Below, in pieces: positions 54,695-64,000 of a stretch of 64,000 bases of DNA. The stretch is from contig NW_013657660.1 in the NCBI RefSeq assembly GCF_000142905.1, forward strand, positions 396,056 through 460,055, given 5' to 3'. Numbering within the stretch: position 1 is the first letter of the stretch; every line of letters begins with the position of its first letter. The DNA is from Thecamonas trahens ATCC 50062. Lineage: Eukaryota; Protista; Apusomonadida. The notes below the pieces were generated by a model. The model was not told the DNA's origin and ran no database searches. It was given only the letters and a program-made list of their open reading frames with translations. A program made the position numbers and the translations under genes.

Positions 54695-56176
54695 CTAAAC
54701 GCGATCATCGGAGCGGGAGCGGGAGCGGGAGCGGGAGCGGGAACGAGCGCCACCGCGCTGGAAGAACTGCGAGAAGACACCGTCCGAGCTCTCCGAGCCC
54801 GATTCAGAGCTTTGGGCGATAGACGATGGCTCTGGAGCAATGCGCTGGGCGCGGGCCTCGGCGCGCGAGATGGGATCGATGGGTGGAACGGTGACGCCGT
54901 TGCGGTTGTAGGCAGTCGGGCGTGCGTGCGTGAGGAAGCGGAACATGAGCGGGAACTTGAAGATGAGAAAAGGAAAGGAGAGCAGGCCGTAGAGAACCTT
55001 GCACCAGTAGACGACGGCACGGAACTTGGCGTTGCTCTCAAAGCCGCGCTCGAGCAGCGACTTGGAGCCCGTGGTAAAGGCAGCAGCGATGATGGCGAGC
55101 GAGACGAGAGAGAAGACGATAAAGTCGTAAACAAGGAGCGGACGGATGAGGCCGCCACGACCGCGGTATCTGCGGGCACCACAGCAGGTCGGGGGCGGGT
55201 CGTCGATTCGGGTCGAGCTCCGCGGTGGGTCCTCGTCATCATCGGCGCGGGCGAGCTCGGCGCGGATGCGGACCATGCGGTCGGCCTCGTCAGCGTCGAG
55301 TGTGCCGTCACCATCGAGATCGTACCCGCCGTCGGCTGAGGTGAGCGTCTCGTACCGCTTGCCGCCCTTCTTGCGGGTGTACGGCAGGCGAACGTAGGCG
55401 AACCAGACGAGGAGGACTTGGAGGACGAAAAAAGCGAGGAGCCAGAGTGGCTCCTGGCCCGGCCCGGTCCGGATGCACTCGTTACGCTGGCGATGGGTGA
55501 GGAGGACGACGTCGTCGTCTCTCCCGTCCGAGTCGGCAAAGTACAGGCAGAGAAAGTACTGCATGGCACCGCGGACGGCCGGAAAGACGCCAGCAGCCAA
55601 AAAGGCGACGCCCTTAAAGGCGATGACGTAGGCGCAGACCTGATACTCGTCCGAGGTATCCTTGGCGAGGAGGACAATGAGGTAGAAAATCTGCGAGATG
55701 CCGTAGACGGGAACCAGCGAGATGAGGGTGAGGAGCCACCAGATGGGATCCCGCAGCTGGCGCCAGATGGAACGATCGTATGGATAGAGCTTGTACAGTA
55801 GCCATGCGGTGGGTGGAGAGAGCGGGTTGGGACAGAACGATGGCGGCGAGCCGTGATCGACGGGCAACGGCTTGCGGATGGCGCCAAGGACCGACTCGAC
55901 GACCTCGTACTTGACCTCGACCCACATGTCATCGACGGCAGCATCAATTGACGATTGCAAGAACATGGGCATGTCCGGATCTTTGGCTCCGGCTTTGACC
56001 ACCGTTTTTGCCCGATCCAGCCCTGCATGCACCTTGCGCTCGACCAAGTGTGAGGCGTACGCTCTCACTTGCTTCTTCTTGAGCGTCAGAGTCTCGTCCC
56101 ATTGAGCTCGAGCGCCTGCCACCCGCACACTCGCCGTATTGCTCGCCTCATTGAGCTTGGCTCTTGCCCGCCGCAT
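54695..56176 (-). CDS. Multi-pass membrane protein of unknown function with one EF-hand loop and an RS tail
   Basis: About 6 hydrophobic helices; motifs LYKLYPYDRSIW, DEYQV..YVIAFKG and LTHARPTAY; loop DLDGDGTLDADE. Confidence 0.8.
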   Translation of the reverse strand: MRRARAKLNEASNTASVRVAGARAQWDETLTLKKKQVRAYASHLVERKVHAGLDRAKTVVKAGAKDPDMPMFLQSSIDAAVDDMWVEVKYEVVESVLGAIRKPLPVDHGSPPSFCPNPLSPPTAWLLYKLYPYDRSIWRQLRDPIWWLLTLISLVPVYGISQIFYLIVLLAKDTSDEYQVCAYVIAFKGVAFLAAGVFPAVRGAMQYFLCLYFADSDGRDDDVVLLTHRQRNECIRTGPGQEPLWLLAFFVLQVLLVWFAYVRLPYTRKKGGKRYETLTSADGGYDLDGDGTLDADEADRMVRIRAELARADDDEDPPRSSTRIDDPPPTCCGARRYRGRGGLIRPLLVYDFIVFSLVSLAIIAAAFTTGSKSLLERGFESNAKFRAVVYWCKVLYGLLSFPFLIFKFPLMFRFLTHARPTAYNRNGVTVPPIDPISRAEARAQRIAPEPSSIAQSSESGSESSDGVFSQFFQRGGARSRSRSRSRSRSDDRV

Positions 56177-56302
56177 GACTATCTTGGCGAGTCAAGTGTG
56201 CGTGTGAGTGGCGCGCGTGGTTGCTGCTTGTGTCTCAGCGCGCACCGTTAGGGAGTAAGAATGAAGAGTGTGGTTTTGTGTGGTATCGCAGGAAGCAGGG
56301 GA

Positions 56303-56348
56303 TGAGAGAGAGAGAGAGTGTGTGTGTGTGTGTACGTGTGTGTGTGTG
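56303..56348. repeat. (GA)n(GT)n compound microsatellite
   Basis: Directly visible. Confidence 0.85.
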
Positions 56349-56446
56349 GGAGATGGGAGGGCAGCGTCCCGATTGTGTTGTGGGGCATCGTATGAGTGCA
56401 TGGGTTCCACGTGGGAGGCGCAGGACCGATGGTGGGCGGGACCAGC

Positions 56447-57583
56447 TTAGCGACGCGGCGAGAGAACGAGGTTAGGGATCTCGATGACAGGCCAGGGATC
56501 GTTGTAGTTGGAGGGGAGCAGTGCCTCCTCGTACTCGTTCTTCCAGTGGTAGTGGGTCTCCTTGGCCTTTGCGTATGCAAGGAGCTCCTTCTGGGTGGCG
56601 GCCTCGAGGTCGAGGGCGACAGGGAGGGCAGCGCGGAAGCCCGAGCCGTCGAGTGTGGCGACGGTAAAGGAGCCCGAGTGTGAGCGTAGGACGGTGCCGT
56701 CGAGGCGCTCGACATTGATGCGGACGGCGATGACGACGACGTGGCGGCGGACGTAGACCGGGGTGGCCTCGAGCTCAACCATGTCGGAGAGGAAGATGGG
56801 GACGGAGAAGGTCATTTCAGACATGGCGATGGTGTAGACGTAGGGGTTGCGGGCAAAGGCCTTGGCGGTTGTCCGGGCTGCGCGCTCCATCCACTTGAGC
56901 AGGTCGCCGCCAAAGATGGTCTTGTTGATGTTGAGCGAGCGCGGGAGGAACTGCTTGCGGAAGTACATGGTGGCAGCATCCATGGTGATGGACTCGAGGA
57001 TGTGGTCAGAGCCGATAGACGAGTCGTAAACGTCGGCGGCGGTGAGCTCGCCAGCGGCGGCGGCGGCCTCGAGCGCCTTGATCTTGATCTTGAGCGCAAG
57101 GCTCGCCTTCTTGCGGTTGGCCACAAACTCGGCGCAAGCGGCATCGTTGCCATCGGGCAACATGGGGAGGCCCTTGCGCGGTCGAAGGTCCTCAGTGAGG
57201 GCGACCATGGTGACGAGGCAGTACTGGACGGGGATGTAGCGGCGAGTGTTGAGCTCCCACTTGTAGACGCGGATCTCGACGAGCATGGACGACGAGCCGA
57301 CGCGGACAACTTGGCCATCCATGCGAACCATGTCGCCATGGAGAATAGGGCAGGTGATCTGAACGGAATCAAAGTTAACCGTCGCCACACGACCGCCCGA
57401 GTAAGCAGCAGTAATGCGACCAGCGAGCGAGTCGACCAAATCTAGTATGGTCCCCGCATCAGTCCGCTGTCCCGCCAGGCTCTCTTCGCCAACCACATCG
57501 GTAAGGAACGATTTGTAGGTACCAGGGAGAGCCTCGCCCAGACCAACAAGTTTCTTCTCAGCCTCAGCGGGTGTAGAAGCCAT
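56447..57583 (-). CDS. Double-hotdog acyl-CoA thioesterase (ACOT7/YciA-like)
   Basis: First hotdog domain AGTILDLVD...VATVNFDSV...PILHGDMV...VGSSSMLV; second NINKTIFGGDLLKWME...F.VPI...D.V. Confidence 0.88.
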   Translation of the reverse strand: MASTPAEAEKKLVGLGEALPGTYKSFLTDVVGEESLAGQRTDAGTILDLVDSLAGRITAAYSGGRVATVNFDSVQITCPILHGDMVRMDGQVVRVGSSSMLVEIRVYKWELNTRRYIPVQYCLVTMVALTEDLRPRKGLPMLPDGNDAACAEFVANRKKASLALKIKIKALEAAAAAGELTAADVYDSSIGSDHILESITMDAATMYFRKQFLPRSLNINKTIFGGDLLKWMERAARTTAKAFARNPYVYTIAMSEMTFSVPIFLSDMVELEATPVYVRRHVVVIAVRINVERLDGTVLRSHSGSFTVATLDGSGFRAALPVALDLEAATQKELLAYAKAKETHYHWKNEYEEALLPSNYNDPWPVIEIPNLVLSPRR

Positions 57584-58351
57584 GAGTACCTTGGGTGGAG
57601 TACTCTCTCTCCTCAGCGCCTTCCTCTCCTTTGCTTCCCGCTTTGGTTTTGTTCGCTCCACCCCTCCACGTCACTGCCGATGTTCCGCCGACCCGCCGAT
57701 ATGTGACCGCCTCGCATCAGCAGCACGGATTTGTGGCTCGGGTGCGTGATATACTGCTACGATGGGAACTTGCAGCACATCGTTGTGTAGATCACTGCAT
57801 GTACTAACTGACGATATTGTTGATGAGTGTGTAGCATAGAGTGGTAGGGAAGGAGGGCTCTGCGGGAGTTCATTCCAGTTTCTCCGCGCCACCCATCTCA
57901 TCTCCCGCAATTTGGCTGGTAATTGACGTGGCGCGGCGTCGGCTACCATTCGAGAAGCATGGCCTTGTCTTGTCGCACATGCGCTTAGCCTTTCTTGGAA
58001 TCGAGTGAAGCTGTCGGCCTCCAGGCGCAGGACTGAGGTCATCGTCAGCAAGCGATGGGCAGTTGCGGGCTGCGGAGTTTGATCGCCCCCGCCCTCCCCC
58101 TCCCCCCTCCCCCTCCCCCCCCCCCCCCTCCCCCCTCCCCCTCACCCGCACCCTCACCCGCACCCTCACCCTCACCCTGGCCACTGGTCGACCACTCGCC
58201 AATCAATGACCTTCACCATGCCCACCGTGCGCGGCAGTCGACTCCTCTGTCGCCAGCGTGACGAATTCGGCGCAGCGACCGGCCGAGGCTCAACCGAGCA
58301 CTGCAAGCCGTTCGCTGTACAAGGCACTCTCGACTGTCACCACCACTGAGG

Positions 58352-59773
58352 ATGGATGGAGGGAGTGGAGTGGCAGCAGCATCAGCCGACCATGTCGTGG
58401 TGGTGGCTGGGGTTGTTAAGGGGGAGTCTGCTGAGGTGGACGAGTCGGTATGTGTCGTCAGGGGGGGGGGGGGGGGGGAAGGGGAGGTCACCTCGTCGTG
58501 GGAGCGGGGCAGGAGAGGGGGGGGAGGAGGGGGCAACTGGGTATGGCAATAGACTGATGATGGTATGGGCTGTGCGGTGGGTGGGAATTGGATTGGGATC
58601 GGGGATGTGGGGATCGATGTGGTGGGACGAATGGTGGTGCGTGGCTCGGCTCGGGCGCAATGGCGGTGATCTGTGGTTCGGGCGCAATGGCGGTGATCTG
58701 TGGTATGGGCGCAATGGCGGTGATCTGTGGTTCGGGCTCAATGGCGGTGATCTGTGTTATGGGCGCAATGGCGGTGATCTGCGGCTCGGGCGCAATGGCG
58801 GTGATCTGCGGCTCGGGCGCAATGGCGGTGATCTGTGGTATGGGCGCAATGGCGGTGATCTGCGGCTCGGGCGCAATGGCGGTGATCTGTGGCTCGGGCG
58901 CAATGGCGGTGATCTGTGGTTCGGGCTCAATGGCGGTGATCTGTGTTATGGGCGCAATGGCGGTGATCTGCGGCTCGGGCGCAATGGCGGTGATCTGCGG
59001 CTCGGGCGCAATGGTGGGGATCTGTGGTTTGGGCGCAATGGCGGTGATCTGCGGCTCGGGCGCAATGGCGGGGATCTGTGGTTTGGGCGCAATGGCGGTG
59101 ATCTGCGGCTCGGGCGCAATGGCGGTGATCTGTGGCTCGGGCGCAATGGCGGTGATCTGTGGCTCGGGCGCAATGGCGGTGATCTGCGGCTCGGGCGCAA
59201 TGGCGGTGATCTGTGTTATGGGCGCAATGGCGGTGATCTGCGGCTCGGGCGCAATGGCGGTGATCTGTGGTTTGGGCGCAATGGCGGTGATCTGCGGCTC
59301 GGGCGCAATGGCGGTGATCTGTGGCTCGGGCGCAATGGCGGTGATCTGGCTTGGAAACAACGGTCTGATCGATGTGGTCGGAATGATGGTTGGTTGTGGG
59401 GACATGTCCGCCGCCACAGATTGAGCTTTTGTTCATCCGGCGTGGCTTGATCTTGTTTGCTGTTCAGCTCATATGTATCTTTCTGGCATGGCGTTTGCTG
59501 CGTGGTGCTATCTCGAGAGTACTCAACTATACCTCTGACATGAGCTCCAGAAGCGGCACGAACAACATGGCCGACAGGGCCGGCAGCCCAGATAGAGTTG
59601 CTGGCGTTGCTACATCTACTCAGCGATCGTCTTCGGGTTCACATCTCCGCCAGAGGCGCGCATCTTCGGCCGGTCATCGTATGTCGACGCTGCGTGCTGA
59701 GGCCCGACCTGATCCGGGCAGCCTGCTCTCTCCAAGCACAGCCGAGCTTGAGCGCCAATGTGGACGCGGATAA
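58352..59773 (+). CDS. Tentative small single-TM protein whose intron (58448 or 58541 to 59419) contains the minisatellite
   Basis: ATG 58352; phase-0 donors GTATGT (58448) and GTATGG (58541); acceptor CCACAG at 59419, in frame with IELLFIRRGLILFAVQLICIFLAW. Confidence 0.35.
58653..59348. repeat. 27-bp minisatellite, 26 copies (GGGCGCAATGGCGGTGATCTG + variable hexamer)
   Basis: Counted from the sequence and from the 9-aa repeat translations (GRNGGDLxx / ITAIAPEPQ). Confidence 0.97.
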
Positions 59774-60208
59774 CTGTCAGCGTACCCGTGCTGTGGTAGT
59801 ATATATCACCAATGAACCTCCTCGCCCTGCCTCGGGCTTCACATCACCCATCTTCCGCCTCGGCCGCAACCAATCGTCCAGCAAAGCCAGCGAGTTGCCC
59901 AACTCGGCTCGCTGCGACAGCCAGCAAGATCAACCGGCCAACAACCCACCAACTCGCCCTTCCTCACCCTCCGGATCTTGCCAAATCAGAGTACCCGGGC
60001 CCCTTTCCTCCAAATCGACTGGTGATCGAGTACGGAGTGTCGGGCGAGTCAGCGAGTTGGCCGACTCAACTCGGGCGTCAGCCGGCAGGGACGAGGACAA
60101 GAGCAAGGGCAAAAAGGGGCAAGACACGTCTCGTGAGGAGAGCAAGAGACGAGACGAGCGAGAAGGAAGAGTTGAGAGCAGGAAGGAGGTCAAGGAGGAA
60201 CACGTAGT

Positions 60209-60880
60209 ATGGACGCGTCTCGGTTTGTCAAGTCGGCCGAGTCGCGGTCTCTGTGGAACTACACGCTCTCGCCCGGGTGGACCGATGCCGAGGTCGACAT
60301 CCTCACAAAGTGCATGATGAAGTATGGTGTGGGCAATTGGTCGCTGTACAAGAAATTGGGCGTTCTTCCGGGGAAAACAACGGCTCAGCTGAATACTCAG
60401 ACTCAGCGCTTGCTTGGCCAACAATCGACGGCGGCTTTTACCGGACTCCACATCGATCCAAAGGCTGTCTTCATGGACAACGCCTTGAAGCAGGGCGAGC
60501 AGTACGTCCGCAAGTCGGGCGTGCTCATCAACACAGGTGGGCGACTGACTCGGGAGGAGATCGAGGCTCTCCGCCAGCAGAACATGGAAAAGTACGGCAT
60601 CAAGAAGGAGGTCTACGACGCCATCACCATCCCGACGCCTAACGACGACGCCGCTCTCCTTGCACAGATCGAGGACATCCAGGCTCACAACTACCTCGTC
60701 GACGCCAAAATCGAGGTCAAACGCAAGGAGCTCGAGGCCAAGATGGCCCGGGTGCAGCGCATCCGCGACCTCATTGTCGCCAAGGGCGGCACGCTCCCCA
60801 CACCGCCGGCACCCGCCGAAGACGGGCCAGCGGCGAAGCGGACCAAGACGCTCGACGGGAACGCAGCGGCGTCGAGCTGA
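60209..60880 (+). CDS. Myb/homeodomain-like protein resembling the p1 (AMTP1) subunit of the MTA1c/AMT1 6mA DNA methyltransferase complex
   Basis: NYTLSPGWT..EV.IL...MMKYGVGNW.......LPGKT..QLN.QTQRLLGQQS.A.F.GLH......F.DN..K...RK....INTG closely follows the ciliate p1 sequence as I recall it. Confidence 0.8.
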   Translation: MDASRFVKSAESRSLWNYTLSPGWTDAEVDILTKCMMKYGVGNWSLYKKLGVLPGKTTAQLNTQTQRLLGQQSTAAFTGLHIDPKAVFMDNALKQGEQYVRKSGVLINTGGRLTREEIEALRQQNMEKYGIKKEVYDAITIPTPNDDAALLAQIEDIQAHNYLVDAKIEVKRKELEAKMARVQRIRDLIVAKGGTLPTPPAPAEDGPAAKRTKTLDGNAAASS

Positions 60881-60910
60881 GAAGCGTTTGGTACAGTTAA
60901 TATGATCCAT

Positions 60911-61945
60911 TTACATGCAGTTGTCAAGGATGTCGCGCTCGCCGTTGGCGATCTTGATCTTGAGATGACCGTAGAGAATGACGCCGGCCATTGCGACGGC
61001 GACGCCGAGCAGGTTCTTTGCCGCGCCTTCTGCCGATTCGACTTGGGTAAAGAAGAGGAAGCCAAAGGTGAGGACGAGGATGGTCTTGAGGTGGCCGACA
61101 ACCTGGTAGGTGACCGGCGAGGTCTTGCCGATGAGGGCAAAGGAGACGAGGTTGACCGCAATAGCCCCCAGGCACGAGAGCACGATGAGAATAAAGGCCG
61201 GCGCGGTGAGCCGAAAGTTGAGGACCGAGTCCTCGCCAGGCACCTCCACCATGAGGGCCACAAGCAGTGTGAGGACCGACTGGTACGGGGTGATGGCCGC
61301 AGTTGCCTGGACCGACGTCACGCCGTACTCGGACTGGCAAGAGCCCTGGTAGATCTGGAACTGGGCGGTGGCAATTGTGGCGGCGAGGCCGTACATGATG
61401 CCGGTCGAGCTGATCTGGACGTCGGTGACGGTGGCAATGCCGACGCCGGTCAACAGGATGAGCAGCGCAACCGTGATCTTGCGGGAGATGGTCTCGCCAG
61501 TCTTGACAAACTTGAGAACGAGAATGGCCGGGACACAGAGAAGCTTGAACAGCTGGTACGTGCCGAGCGAGTTCGAGTACATGGAGAGGTTCATGAGGCC
61601 AATCGAGCCGACACCAAAGGCCGCGATGGAGAGGGAGACGTTGAGCGGGAGTGTCCGGAGCTCGAACCAGCCAAAGACGTTGGCCACGATGCGAAGGAGA
61701 ACGGCAGTAACCGTCAGATGAAGAAATGTGAGGGTGAAGACGTAGCGGAAGCCAAAGTACTGCATTAGCGACTTGTTGACCAGGATGAGCGAGACGCTCG
61801 AGGCGATCGATCCCAAACACAGCAGCGCCACACGAGCCGGCGACAGAGGTGCCGCCGCCACCGTTGTATTGGCTGCCATCTTGCCCTTGGGCTGAGATGG
61901 AATGCCCAGCCTAGACTCGATGTCTCCCGTTGAAGAGCCCGACAT
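60911..61945 (-). CDS. Nucleotide-sugar transporter (TPT family; SLC35E3/UXT/URGT-like)
   Basis: SSVSLILVNK.LM...GF, LTFLH, MNLSM.SNSLGTYQLFKL, GVGIATVTD and VNLVSF.LIGKTSPVTYQVVGHLKT. Start uncertain. Confidence 0.92.
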   Translation of the reverse strand: MSGSSTGDIESRLGIPSQPKGKMAANTTVAAAPLSPARVALLCLGSIASSVSLILVNKSLMQYFGFRYVFTLTFLHLTVTAVLLRIVANVFGWFELRTLPLNVSLSIAAFGVGSIGLMNLSMYSNSLGTYQLFKLLCVPAILVLKFVKTGETISRKITVALLILLTGVGIATVTDVQISSTGIMYGLAATIATAQFQIYQGSCQSEYGVTSVQATAAITPYQSVLTLLVALMVEVPGEDSVLNFRLTAPAFILIVLSCLGAIAVNLVSFALIGKTSPVTYQVVGHLKTILVLTFGFLFFTQVESAEGAAKNLLGVAVAMAGVILYGHLKIKIANGERDILDNCM

Positions 61946-62103
61946 CACCTGCAAACGTTTGCAACGGTAGGAACCCGAGCCAGAGCGATTCCACCAGCAA
62001 CCGAGAGTAGTGATGACAAAGGCCGACAGCGAGCACCACAGCATAACCACAATTGTCAACATGCCCATCATCATCATGATTGCCATCCATCACGGCAGCC
62101 ATC

Positions 62104-62158
62104 CATCATCATCATCACCGTCATAGTTGTCATAGTTGTCATAGTTGTCGTCATCATC

Positions 62159-62208
<50 letters not shown>

Positions 62209-62214
62209 CATCAT
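62104..62214. repeat. (CAT/ATG)n microsatellite with an embedded 9-bp GTCATAGTT x3
   Basis: Directly visible. Confidence 0.92.
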
Positions 62215-63379
62215 GAGTACAGAGTCAGGATCCGCCACCCAAACGGATTCCTCATCCCTTCTCCCCACCAGACATGGCGACAGTGACAGCGGCAGAGGCA
62301 GCGACAGCGATAATGGCAGAGACCGAGACCAAGAGACCCCCCCCTCCCCCCCCCCACACACACAGAGAGAGAGAGAGAGAGAGATAGCAGAGAGTGCGTG
62401 ATGTGGTACAAAACCAACAGACTCACACACACATATAGCAACAGTAACCATACCAGCATGTACGCGTTCTACAGCTCAGCCATGACCATGACTACCACCG
62501 AGTGGCGGCGAAATGAGGGAGGGCAGGATCGATCCCTTAGCGGGACAGGTTAGCCCCCTTCCCACTCTACCTACCCAGAGCCATGGAGAATGACCACATG
62601 ACACTATCACACTTAAAACCATACCATGATGTAGTATACAAAGTAAACTACACCATCTGTATATATATAGTGGTCATAACCAACACAATGCACTTTCTCT
62701 CATACGTACAAGTTTGGTCCGTGCTGCCGGCAGAGAGCTGTCCAAGCGTCGCACTCGCTCTCCGTCCGCATACCGGCCGGATAGCCGACTCATACGGTCA
62801 TCATCCGCGTCATCGGATCATCACACCACAGTGACCACCAGGTAGTGTTTGAAGTGAGAGGGCGTGGATGTGGATGTGGAGGTGCAGGGTGCTGGCGGGA
62901 GTGGGCGATGGGCTTGGTCGGGGCAAAGGACGGCTCCTGCCGATAGACAGCGCAGCGCGCTCATCCGCTTTGTCAAGCCATCGGTCCACAATGGACGTGA
63001 TGGAGCCTTTGCAGCGAAAGAAACAGACGCATAGTTGGCCGGCCATGTGTTGATGCATTGCGTGCGAGATGGAGCGGTCTGATCCTCTCCCTGCTCGGCA
63101 CCGTTCTCGGGCGCACGACGTAGACAACCAGCAACCACACACACACCCTCGCACCAAGCAAGCGCAAGCGCAAGCGCAAGCGCAAGCGCAAACGCGCGAG
63201 CGGCTACAATCCAAGCAAAGCGGCTACGCCGATGGTGACTATCACAGGCACAGCGCTAATGTTGACGATTACAACGACTGCACTGATGCTGACAATGACT
63301 CACACGGATCACCTCGCCGCAGTCCGGTCTCATCTTCCGAGTCGGACACGAGCACCACTGCACTCCTCGCAGCAGCACG

Positions 63380-64000
63380 ATGGATGGGTTCAAGGCCGCG
63401 CTCGCCTCTCGCAAGAGCCAACTGTCACAGGTCGAGACGCGAGTCCGGCGAGCTGATGGACGAGTCCAAGTCGAACGAGTGGCGGTTGACGGTGGCGCTG
63501 CGGCGGAGCAGCTCGTGTGCGATGCTGGAGAGACCATTCCCGGCTCTGGAGGCGCGTTCATGGTGGTGGATACTTCGCCCGATGAGGATCTATGTCCTGT
63601 GCTGGCGGGCGAGCTGTTTCTCGGCTCTCAGGATGCGGCGTGTAATGTCGATGGCATCGCTGCGGCGGGCGTGGCCGTCATCGTCAACCTGGCTGTCGGC
63701 GTCCCGTGCTTCTTTCGCCGCGACGAGGGCGTTGATGGTGGCAACGAGGACGAGCGGCCGGAGATCGAGTACGGCGAGTGGCCGTTGCTGGACCTACCGT
63801 CGCAGAGCATCGACGTCATTGTCGACGAGGTCATTCCGTTTATGGCCGCGGCGCTCGATGCAGGTCGGCCGGTGCTTGTCCATTGCAACGCAGGCGTGTC
63901 GCGGTCGGCAACGGCAGTCCTCGCCTACCTCATTGTCGAGCGCGGCATGAGCTACGACGAGGCGATGGCGATGGTCCGGGCAGCGCGGCCGGCGAGTAAG
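63380..64000 (+). CDS. DUSP19: Atypical dual-specificity phosphatase, DUSP19-like; 3' partial and absent from the supplied ORF track
   Basis: My translation from ATG 63380: MDGFKAALASRKSQLSQVETRVRRADG...VVDTSPD...LFLGSQDAA...IVNLA...LLDLP...VLVHCNAGVSRSAT...YL...VRAARP, which contains the HCxxGxSR catalytic motif. Confidence 0.88.
   Translation, partial: MDGFKAALASRKSQLSQVETRVRRADGRVQVERVAVDGGAAAEQLVCDAGETIPGSGGAFMVVDTSPDEDLCPVLAGELFLGSQDAACNVDGIAAAGVAVIVNLAVGVPCFFRRDEGVDGGNEDERPEIEYGEWPLLDLPSQSIDVIVDEVIPFMAAALDAGRPVLVHCNAGVSRSATAVLAYLIVERGMSYDEAMAMVRAARPASK

Noticed and set aside
58653-59348. CRISPR-like array (constant repeat plus variable segment)
   Set aside because: The variable parts are only 6 nt and recur, there are no cas genes, and the context is eukaryotic; it is a minisatellite.
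62074-62451. Poly-Met and poly-His ORFs
   Set aside because: They are translations of the (CAT)n microsatellite.

Overview
This is a compact, GC-rich, intron-poor eukaryotic nuclear window with about 27 protein-coding loci, three identical tRNA-Lys(CTT) genes, three N gaps and a 27-bp minisatellite. The style resembles a flagellated protist, possibly an apusomonad such as Thecamonas; this is inference and was not verified. Recognisable genes: Nup98-type autoproteolytic domain, DP (E2F partner), a doublecortin-domain protein, mitochondrial SAM carrier, Vtc1-like protein, degenerate kinesin, TMX2, C2CD3, GFAT, METTL21-family methyltransferase, EF-hand protein, acyl-CoA thioesterase, nucleotide-sugar transporter and a DUSP19-like phosphatase. 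Four loci stand out. (1) A sphingolipid module: a PGSIP7/8-like GT8 glycosyltransferase fused to an IPC/sphingomyelin-synthase domain, overlapping tail-to-tail with a Lag1/TLC ceramide-synthase-like gene. This is a candidate two-gene, three-step glycosyl-inositolphosphoceramide pathway. (2) A single-chain H2B-H2A histone doublet with a predicted N-terminal PCNA-binding PIP box. (3) Two giant paralogous FG-GAP/beta-helix/Cys-rich/7TM receptors, one with NPxF and SH3-ligand motifs in its tail. (4) A homologue of the p1 subunit of the MTA1c/AMT1 6mA DNA methyltransferase complex. Five frameshifts in three genes are each repaired by adding one base to a homopolymer, so they are probably assembly errors. 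All family calls come from motifs recognised by eye; no database search was run.
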